From NCBI RefSeq assembly GCF_037042905.1, contig NC_087250.1, forward strand, positions 23,438,001 to 23,502,000: DNA of 64,000 nt, read 5' to 3'. Shown piece after piece: positions 54,020 to 64,000 of this stretch. Source of the stretch: Lytechinus pictus (taxonomy: Eukaryota). The position numbers and the translations under genes are program-made. Below the pieces are notes generated by a model. That model searched no databases. It saw only the letters and a program-made list of their open reading frames with translations, and was not told where the DNA came from. Numbering within the stretch: position 1 is the stretch's first letter; every line of letters begins with the position of its first letter.

Positions 54020-54420
54020 AATCATCCTCTTCTCTCCAAACCCCTACGAAATATTCCTCCCCCCCCCTCCATGATTCACCCTCCTCCAAAACTATCACAA
54101 ATGTGACACCCCCCCCCCCACAAAGACATGACAATCCTTCTCCTCTACTCTCCAAGATCTCAAAATTCTTCCAACCCCCCCCCCATCATTACCCCTTCTC
54201 AAAAACTATCACAAGTATGACACCCCCCCCCTTCACACAAGACATGACAATCATCTTCTTAAATAAATCTTATCCTTCTCCTCTCTCCTCCAAAATCTCA
54301 AAATTATTCCGACCTCCCCCCCCCCCCCATAAAAAACTATCACAAGTATGACCCCCCCCCCTCCACACACACAAGACATGACAATGATCTGTTTAAATCA
54401 ATCTTATCCTCCTCCTCACT
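54020..54420. repeat. Degenerate ~115-130 bp tandem repeat with poly-C
   Basis: AAAACTATCACAA.T.TGAC.CCCCCCC...CAA.GACATGACAAT occurs three times. Confidence 0.85.
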
Positions 54421-56754
54421 CTCTTGAACTCTATCACATATATTCAACATGGAATGCTCATCAAAATGATTGCCTCATCCTCCCACTAACCTACCCTACC
54501 TACCATAGACATCTCTATAAACAAACAATCCACTGGCAACAGTCATTACCGTTTGCCTTACTGACACAGAAGTGAATAGCATGGGACTATAGGTCAAAAA
54601 AAATCTGCAAAGGGATAAATCTTCTACGTGCTCTAGAATGCATAGAGGGGCCGGGATATGAATGTTTGGAAAAGTTTCTTGCAATAAAATTTAAAACAGA
54701 AAAAAAAAATGTCTGAAATTCTGAGTCTGATGATCAAACACTGGATGAGCATCCGAAGAGATAAATCCTGACTTTGAAAGATTCCAGCAAAATAATAATC
54801 ATAATATCAACCGTCTTATTTGAATGAGCGGTTGTTAAAATAAACCTGGGATGTATGAGTCTCTCACCCTCCACAGTTTCCCTATGCAGGAAATTCCTTT
54901 ACCAATCTACCCCACCTTCATCTTCTATAACATCACACTTCCATCTCTATTTTTCACACTTTTATCCCAAAAATAAACTCCGTCCATACAATTTACCTGC
55001 CTCCAAGGCATGGGCTTCAAAATGAATTAAATTTAGAAAAAAAAGGAGGAGGCAAAATGGAGGTATATGCAAACATTTTTCTGGCCCCTGTATAAGAAGG
55101 TGATGAGTTATTGGATTTCTGCGGTTCATGTTCATACTGAGAAAATGTTCGTCGAAAACTGAAGTTATTGGAGTCATAATATTCAAACATGGTTCTATCT
55201 GCTATGAAATAAACATATAATGCATGGGTTTAAATGATTAGATCTGATTACAGGCAAAAGGCAAAGCTATGGATTGTTTTATTTTTTCTGCAGTGCACTC
55301 ATGAATAATGCAAACCTTTCCGAATATACTACGTAGATGTAATACAAATAACTTGTTTCTGTTAGATGATGAAATCAGAATGTTATGCATTATGATAGAA
55401 GTTTTTGTTTGTATGTTTTATTTTTCCCCAATGCAAGAAGTACAAATGCTTGGAAGGCAGTGATAACATCGCTTCTCCAAAATGTGTCGCGCATGCAAAA
55501 CATTGTAGATGTAAAGTTTCTCAATGGACATAGAGCTTGAGGCATTGAATCTTGGGGTCCATTCTCACTGCCTCCGTACTCGTATATTAATGCTTCACAC
55601 ACATACTCTTTTAAATGGCAGCCTTTATCTACAACATACATAAATAAGCAACTGAATTGCACATTGATTCGATTCCACATTTTCACAATTTGTAGCAGTG
55701 TGAGTGAACCGTCTCAATGAATGGGGGGTAATTTGAGGAACAAATGTTTCGGATTTATTGCAGGGGCTCGCATAACCCTCTTATACATAGCATCTACATG
55801 TAGGCTATAAACGAGCTCCAGTCATGTCATGTACTTCTCATATGCCTCTATCAGCAGTAAAGCAATTACTTGATAAGATGGAAATACATTTATAAATGCG
55901 AGCCAATACAGAGCAAGATTAAGATTGAGACGAGAGGACTCAGAAGAAAATTCTCCATTTTATAAAGATAATGGGAAACTATGTCCTCGAATGAGCCGAA
56001 CCAGGGCCGCAGGGCGGATCCATGATTTTCCAAAAGAGGGGGCCATTTTCCCAGGAATTTGACAAGCAAAAACAAAATTTGAAAAGGGGTGCACATCAGT
56101 GCAAGAACGGCATATTTTGATTATGGCTCTCAAAATGTAGAATAAGTCAAATCAAATCATTAACCATTCACAAAGACCACTTTTTTGTCTATATTGAGCC
56201 ATCTTTTATACCATGGACCTTTTTTATTAGGTCCATGATCTTATAATACATGTAGACGGTTTCCCTATATTTTGACTGCACTCGAAGCATAAGGATTAGT
56301 AAGCTTTCATCAAAAAGTAAATAATTATATATCCTTCTATATATGTACAGGCTACAACTCACTGATTGTTTTACTATTTGAACATCGTAGAGATTTGAAA
56401 GCATTTACAAGTGGGGGTGGGTCAACATTGAAGTGGTCTTGCAGCTGATGTAGAATTAAGAGATTAAACCAGAGTCTTCAAGGAATAAACCTAGCTTCTT
56501 TACAAGTCCTGTTCCTATTTATACAAACCAAATTATGGTCAACTGTAACACCCATTTCTCCCCACATAAAGATTAACTGAAACCCAAACCAACTTGGTGG
56601 ATGACTTGGTATGCATTATGGCAACCACAGGTAGGAGGAGCTACCTCAAATAGTATCTTGTAATTTACAAGGTGATCCCTGGGGTAATTAACGCTGGTAG
56701 TTAATTGCATTTTTAAGATAGCTCCCTGTGATGTTATGAATACAGAGCAGTTAA

Positions 56755-57333
56755 AGGTCAAGTCCACCCCCAGGAAAATGCTGACTTGAATACATCTAAA
56801 GTCAAACTAGCATAGTGCTGAAAATTTCATCAAAATCGGATGTAAAATAAGAAAGTTATGACATTTTAAAATTTCGCTTATTTTTCACAAAACAGTGATA
56901 TGCACAACTAGGTGAGTCAGTCGATGATGTCCATCACTCACTATTTCTTTTGTTTTTTATTGTTTGAATTATACAATATTTCATTTTTTATAGATTTGAC
57001 AATCAGGACCAACTTGACTGAACCATATAGTATAAAACAATGCTAATTCCACATGTTCAGGGAGGAATTAATCGTTGTATCACTTGACAATGAGGAGAAA
57101 ATTAGAATATTTCATATAATGAAATACAAAATAGTGAGTGGATGACGTCATCAGTTTCCTCATTTGCATACAGACCAGGATGTGCATATAACTGTTTTGC
57201 AAAATTAAGCGAAATTTTAAAATGTCATAACTTTCTTATTTTACATCTGATTTTGATGAAATTTTCAGTTTTATGCTTGTTGTATTTTTCTCTTTTTATT
57301 CAAATCCACTTTTTGTTGGGGTGGACTTGTCCT
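56755..57333. mobile_element. Non-autonomous TTAA-targeting DNA transposon (Kolobok-like), 579 bp
   Basis: TTAA-[AGGTCAAGTCCACCCC...GGGGTGGACTTGTCCT]-TTAA; long subterminal inverted repeats (GAAAATTTCATCAAAATC.GATGTAAAATAAGAAAGTTATGACATTT). Confidence 0.92.
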
Positions 57334-58279
57334 TTAACAAACTTCCATGCACAGTCTCCTACATACAAGTCCTCCATGTGCATTCTACCGCTACAAAAAA
57401 GTAACATGGGTAACCCTCCACAAATAAGTTCACAGCACACTCTCTACCAAGGGGTGCGAATTTGCACCCCATCAGTAGCACATTCACCCCTCCTGAGCTC
57501 CATTGTTACCCCTGTGTAAGCCAAGACTCTTAATTCCCATTGGGTCTTGACCCAGTTGCTAAACCTTCCCTATTTTCAGTCTGAAAAGTGAAAAAGTGAA
57601 GAAATAGAAAAGTTGCAAGCCCCCTTTTGTCAATAAATCCACTCTCGCTCCAAACTTTTTTTTAATATCCTCCCTCTTGCAAGCCAAGCGAGGCTATTCC
57701 AGATACCATTTATAGGAGTCCCCCATCCCAAATTCTAGTCCGTTTTTATGCAATCCGATAGCCCGAAAGTAGAATAAACTGCCCTTTTTCATGAGACGTG
57801 AACAATGGCGAAACTGGGCCAATTATTTTGTTGGGTAGAGAGAAAGAAAGGTTTTGAACTACACGGCGGCGAGGCCGGGGAAAAAGAAAAGAGTTTGGCA
57901 AGAAATGGCGACAAGTGGCTAATACAGAATTGTCCTTCTGTTCAATAACCAAACTATCCTGGTATTTGTCAGAGCAGACAGACGAGCTCATAAAGCAATT
58001 CACTGGCAAGCAAACAAGATGAAGCACGATTTCTTTTGTTTATTTAGTTATTTTCACCCTTCACTTTTCCATGATTTGCAATATATGTTATTAGTATTCA
58101 TTCTGTATGGTCATCTACATCTGACCATATGCAGTACAGATCTTGTCAAGACAAGAAGACAAAGTTGGGCTATAGCTCTTATTATATTTAACATTGATCT
58201 ACTCAAATGCAAACTACAAAGGAAATTGTAGAGCAGGAATGTATTCAGATAAATTTGTATCTCACTTTTGAATGTGTGG

Positions 58280-58480
58280 TACACTGTAAAAACTAAAAAC
58301 ACTGTTTAAGATTTTAAGCACGTTGTTTAAGCCTGTCACTCTAACAGCTATTTTTTGTTTAAACTTTTTAACAACTGTTTAAACTTTTTGATAAGTGGTT
58401 TAAAAAGTTTTAACAATTACAAAAAAGTTTAAACAACTGGTTGTTAGAGTGACAGGCTTAAACAATGTGCCTTTTTTTAA
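58280..58480. mobile_element. Palindromic MITE (TTTAAAC-rich)
   Basis: GCACGTTGTTTAAGCCTGTCACTCTAACA / TGTTAGAGTGACAGGCTTAAACAATGTGC. Confidence 0.8.
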
Positions 58481-58699
58481 CATTTGCTCATTCTCATCCA
58501 TCATTACATGTAGGCCTACTTGCAAAATATTTTCTCTATACTTTTTCCTCTTTTTTTTTTTAACCTCCTTCTCATTCATTCCTTCATTTCCTTCCTTCTC
58601 CTTTGTGTTCTCCAATTTCTCCTACTCATTCTCGTCCATCTCCTTTTCATCCTCTTCCTTCTCCTCCTCCCCACCAAAATCATTTCCATCTTCCCAATC

Positions 58700-58754
<55 letters not shown>
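58700..58754. repeat. (TA)n(TG)n compound microsatellite
   Basis: Direct reading. Confidence 0.97.
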
Positions 58755-58755
<1 letters not shown>

Positions 58756-61700
58756 CTTCTTTCCCCATCTCCATTTGAATATCCTTCAGTATCCTCCCAT
58801 CCATCCCTCCCCTTCCTTTCAATTTCCCTTCCTTCTTTTACTCCCTTTTCAATAAAGAAACAAACAAATCAACATCAATCAGTTAATTGAACACCTTATT
58901 AAACTGTCATTCCAATCTTCTTTTAATCTTAATCCAAAATGTCAACATCCATGTGTTTGATCATGTGAGACTAAGAACAAACAAAATACATGTAATCCTC
59001 TTGCGTTAGTCATCAGCCTTTAATATTTAGTTTTAACTGCAGTCTAGCCAAATGATTCAACAATTTTCTACCAGTTTATATTGTACATTTGAAGAAGAGA
59101 GGGGCGCATTACCCCCATCCTATCTTCCACAACACATGTGCCAAACAATACATGTACACAACACTCTTAAAAAGGATTGGTAAAAGCATGGACCCTACCA
59201 CAATAGAAACCATTATGTCGGTGAATGTGTCCAACCTCCTTTCTCCAACTGATAAAAATGGTCAATATCAACCCAAATTCTGTTAGATAACTGATAAATT
59301 GATTGATTTTAAGTTTTTTTTTGTTGGCCAAACTCATATTCAACATCACATTACCTTTCTTGATCAATCTTATTTAATAAGAGTGTGACACCCCAAGTAA
59401 AAGATTTAACTTGATTAATTGACACTGACATCCCCCAACTTTCCCCCTGGTCTTTGACCACATCTTAGCAAATGTTGCCTCTAAAAGCTAATATGAAATA
59501 CAAAATAATGGCATTGATTAACTCCCTTCATCCCCATGTCCTGAATATTTCTAGATATGCCATGAATACACTAGGAGTCACTATGCAAAGGATCAATGAT
59601 TCATTACTAATCAATTTCTTAAGAGGGTGTTTTGATTTTGTCTTGTGTATCTCATACATGATCTGAGGACACTTTTAAATGTAGTCATCCACCCCCAAAT
59701 ACCAGCAAAAGATGCTATATAAGTCCAATAGGCTATATTATTATCATCATCATCATCATTATGTACTTGGAGACGCTATGTAGCATTATTCTACATTTAT
59801 ACATCATACATCTGTCTGCAGACACACTCATCTGAAGACATTCTCACCACATCATTTCTAACAACAAAAAAAGAAGAAAGAGAAATTTCTATTATTAACT
59901 CTTGCATGTCGCTGTCACCAATTAGCAGCAAATGATACGCATAGATTTCTGAAATTCTCTGGCACTTTAAGAGTTAAGCTGCTGCTGGAGTCCCTACACA
60001 GACTCTGAAGTGGACACGCCGTAAACTTTCCACAAAATTTGAAGACATCTCATCGCCTCACCGCAAGAAAACTGAAATACAATGATCAAATCCTCTCAAC
60101 ATTCAAGTACTTCTGTTCCATAACCAAGCAATAATTTCTCTCCATAGATGTAGCTCTTTCTCGATCAGCATTTCCCCCCACAAGAGAATGTTTCCATGGT
60201 TAATTTTGTGAATAAAAAGCTCTCTTGTTGCACATTTGAAATATGAAATGTGAAGTGATTTCTTTTCTTTTCTGTCTGAAATAAAACTGACCTCTAGAGA
60301 GAAAATTAAAAGAAAAGGACAGAAATTATGGAAACTCGATAATAATGTAAGAAACTCTTTCTATATTTAACAATCTATCTCTCACTTTATGGTACATGTG
60401 TAGTAATGTGCAAGATTTTGAAGATTGCAAACTGTAGAAATGGCATTAGGGAAAGGGGTTGTGCACAACACGAATTGCTGAAAAATGTAGCATGGAAATC
60501 AATGTGAACACATTTCAACAGCAAAGGAGTTGAGTAGCAAGGCAAATAGTACGGACATGGTTCTTAAGCGAGCCTGGTCCTTAAATAGTGGAAACTGAAA
60601 ACCCTAATATTTGGCAGCACAGATTCCACAAATACACAAGGAGGTGGAATAAACGCTTCTCAGCCGACTCAATCCGATTACGAAATGGGACGATGCGAGG
60701 GAGTAAACGTAGATGACGACGATGAAAACTGCGGTTGCATATCGACGATGCTTTTGCATGATTTAAATCAATTTCAAATTGCATAACCCATCTAGGGACC
60801 AGTAATTGATGGAGTATGTCTCACAGAACACCTTGGCATTGGTTTTCACTGACAAATTTGCTCCAAGCCAATCAGATTTAAGGATTCCAATATGTAAAGA
60901 GCTTCATAGCCAGAATACTCCCTTTTGAAAAAGGGCTTACCTCAGAGTCAATTCTAAATATGCCTGTATAGTGGGGAGAATTTCATGAAACACAAGTCAT
61001 TTAATTTCACTGACTATTAAGCTCTGAGCCAAACAGATGCAAGGATTTCAGTAACTGTAACACTCGGTGAAAAAAAAAAAATTGACTATTTTATTACATG
61101 AAATTCTCCTAGGGTGATGCTTATAGCTTGACTGTATGTCATATCAGATCGATAAACTTTGGTTAAAATTCTTTTAAAGAGTTATTGTTTGTGTTGTCAA
61201 TTGTGACACTTTTCAGACCCCCAAATGACGAATTATCAAGCTCGATCGATGCTCGATCAATGCCAGTGATTTCAAAAGAGACCATTCTGTTTCTTGTTTG
61301 AAAAATTCTTTGGATCACAATTTGAACTTATTCAGTGCTCATTATGAACTGTGTACACTTGCACCGTGGAACAGAATATGTTATATGTAGTTTATTGGAT
61401 GTACATGTAACAGTTCCAAAGCATAGTAAATTAGTTACATTCGCACTGACTAATTTGCAATTAGCCATTGAGATGTAAGCTTTTCGTAGTAAACAGTTCT
61501 CAATGGTGATATCCGACAGGAACTGCATAACGTACGAGCCATTCATTTACAATCAGAAATCAATTCATATAACTTATAACACAATTATCAATAGTATGCA
61601 CGTCAGCCCCCCCCCCCTCCTTTGGTGGGGTAGGGGGCAGGGGGTGATGAGATATACTTTAGATATAGAGTGTATAACACGCTTTTAAAATAATTTGATC

Positions 61701-61783
61701 ATACCATCTCTAGTATGAACTCATAGATTGCATCTTAGACTGGTTGACAGCAGGCTATCAGGGACCGTGTGAATGCACATCCA

Positions 61784-61916
61784 GGGGGCCCGTGACACAA
61801 AACTTAGCAATGATCATAGAACAATTTTTCTATGATTGATTGCATTGACTACAATGTACAATCAATCGTGAAAATCAAGCGTACGATTGAGCACTAACCT
61901 TTGTGTTACGGGACCC
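61784..61916. mobile_element. MITE (GGGCCCGTRACACAAAG family), inverted relative to 1530-1658
   Basis: GGGCCCGTGACACAAAAC...CTTTGTGTTACGGGACCC. Confidence 0.85.
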
Positions 61917-62865
61917 AGATTGTCTGACGCGTGCCATCATCCGCACCAGTCTCGCATCAATTTGAAAACCCGGTATAAACGTGGGCCATATAGGTGCGCT
62001 CCCTGGAACTCAAGACACTGCCTAGGAGCCTGTCTTTGAGACATGAGTCATAGATGTTAGCACACACTCATGAATGCATGTTTATCCCCTCTTATCATAT
62101 TTGCTGATGCTATCCGTGTTTATTTTCATCTCTCCCATCAGGTCGCTTATGACTGGCATGAGGTTTATTTGAATATTGGGGGAGGAAAATATCATATCTC
62201 AGGGCATGTCAGTAGGAAAGAAGGGAATTCATATTTCAGGCTTGTTTTCGATGTGGTTTTATTACTTCCGAACTATTGATTAATATTACATCACTTGAAT
62301 TTAAATGAAAACTATAATGTTCCACTGAACTTGTGTTGAGTAAGAATTACATTTCCTCACTTGACTTGCATGTTTTGTTTCCTTCGCTTTTTTCTCTTCA
62401 ATCCCCGCCCTTTGTAAGAAGTTGTCTATTTGCCTAGGTACAGTCACAATGCTCTCTCTCTATTTCTCTCTCCTCTTTCTTTCTTTCTCTCTCTCTAGTC
62501 CATACATTTCATAACCTTCAATTTACCACCATTACATTACATGTTTAGATCCACTACTTTGAATTGAATTTTTGTAGTTCATAATCCAATGCAATGATAA
62601 TAACAATTTACAAGTTTACAGTCAATCAGTAATGAATACATACATTGTAGAAAGCAAGGATAATAGGAACCAGAAAAAAGTATGAATGCTAGTCAAGTCT
62701 GGCCCCTTCTAGTTTAGGTAGAGAAAAACATGTTTCTTAACTTGTTAGTTAAGAATGAACAACTCATGCGTCTACTAAATATACCCTGTAATATATAAAC
62801 AATGCTTACATAACGATTTAACAAAAACTAACGTATTTATATTTTAATCACCATTTACTTTTAAT

Positions 62866-62894
62866 CATGGACCTCGAGTAGTAGTAGGTCTATG
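62866..62894. mobile_element. 29-bp hairpin stub with 7-bp TSD
   Basis: TTTTAAT-[CATGGACCTCGAGTAGTAGTAGGTCTATG]-TTTTAAT. Confidence 0.75.
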
Positions 62895-64000
62895 TTTTAA
62901 TCAACCGAAAGTTATTCCTCCTTCATTTTCTGTCCATATTCACTTGACCTTTAACAGTAACAGATGTGTCAGTTCCACTCCAGTTCATCAATTACATAAT
63001 AACCCCTCTCCCCTTCCCTCTACTCCATTCTACAGGCTTTTCATTCCCTTTTCTTTCCCATTTTACAATCTTCCTACGAACAATACAGGTGTGTGCACAC
63101 AATTTATACACTTAATACACAGTAGACTGGATCCTACAGGTTCGACGCACAACAAAACTTTTCAGAGACGACAAAAGCCGAGGTTACGATTGATTTTCTC
63201 CCCCTAGACCGTTGTAGGTCATTGTAAGCGATCCCGTACACCTCAGGTATCCAATCATCCAGTCGCATGTATGTTAGTGTATATGTAGCATTACAAATTA
63301 TGCAATTGTAACATATCACTAGCGTGTCAACATGTAATTCACAAGAGTATACATGTAAGGAAGGGGATAAGATAAAAGTAAAAAAATATGTATGAACTAT
63401 GAAAAATAACCATAAGTTTACTAGGTTAATATGAACTTTAATGAAGGTGCTGTGCTTAGCCATGTCTATGGTATGTACAATACAATCTAATTGCATGAAT
63501 GTGTGTGTACTGTACACATAGTAATAAACTGTAAACGGAATCATAAACATATAACCAACAAAAGGTATTATCACTATGATGTAAATGTAAGAAGATAAGT
63601 TTTAATTATTTTAATTTTAAATAATATGAACGATGTAAAACAGCCACATGAAGGGGGGTGTAACTTCGCCCTTGATGTGTCTAGCCATGTCTTTACAGAC
63701 TTAAGTTTACCCCTCCTATAACCAATGGATGACACATAAGATGGCCACGGTGAAATAAATTATGTTTGGAATGGCCGCAGTATGATAACATCATCATACT
63801 GAAATTAACTTTGCATTCTATGTTGGTTTTACATGAGCAATTGAGTAAACAGAAGAAACATATTAATCATGCAATAATGGAAGGCTCTGGAGACTGGATG
63901 AACAGATTGTACCCCCCCCCCTCCTCCCCTCCCACACACACACACACACAATGTGGATCAGGCAAAGAATTTTATTTCATATTTTCAAGGGTGGGGGCTA

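Noticed and set aside
56212..56237. Sixth CATGGACCT...AGGTCCATG stub as a confirmed footprint
   Set aside because: Flanks (TTTATAC vs ATCTTAT) do not form a clean 7-bp TSD, so it is mentioned only as a degenerate case.
57510..57625. Possible minus-strand exon after a pyrimidine-rich acceptor at about 57581
   Set aside because: Only a weak downstream donor and no recognisable peptide.
60934..60950. Minus-strand GAG|GTAAGC
   Set aside because: GAG is a poor acceptor and there is no pyrimidine tract; no upstream exon could be defined.

Overview
AT-rich, repeat-dense eukaryotic non-coding DNA. The repeat content (Deu-domain-like tRNA SINEs, TTAA-flanked non-autonomous DNA transposons, many small MITEs, long poly-C runs) suggests an invertebrate deuterostome, probably a sea urchin; this is an inference. 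I can support no protein-coding exon, and the listed ORFs look like chance or microsatellite artefacts. The most informative signal is three near-identical minus-strand junctions at 51512/51513, 40390/40391 and 20181/20182. Each has a long AG-free polypyrimidine tract ending in YAG|GTAAGT, and two also carry a clear branch-point motif. This is the architecture of recursive splice sites (ratchet points), so much of the window probably lies within a very large intron of a minus-strand gene that is removed stepwise. Two of the three sites share an extra motif at almost the same distance from the junction. Other observations: 24-48 bp CATGGA...TCCATG hairpin stubs flanked by 7-bp target duplications (candidate P-superfamily excision scars, one with a locally templated filler); a ~148-bp-period array of tRNA-like units; and many short CpG-rich islands that look like cis-regulatory modules, including a 5x TAATCC cluster and a nuclear-receptor half-site cluster.
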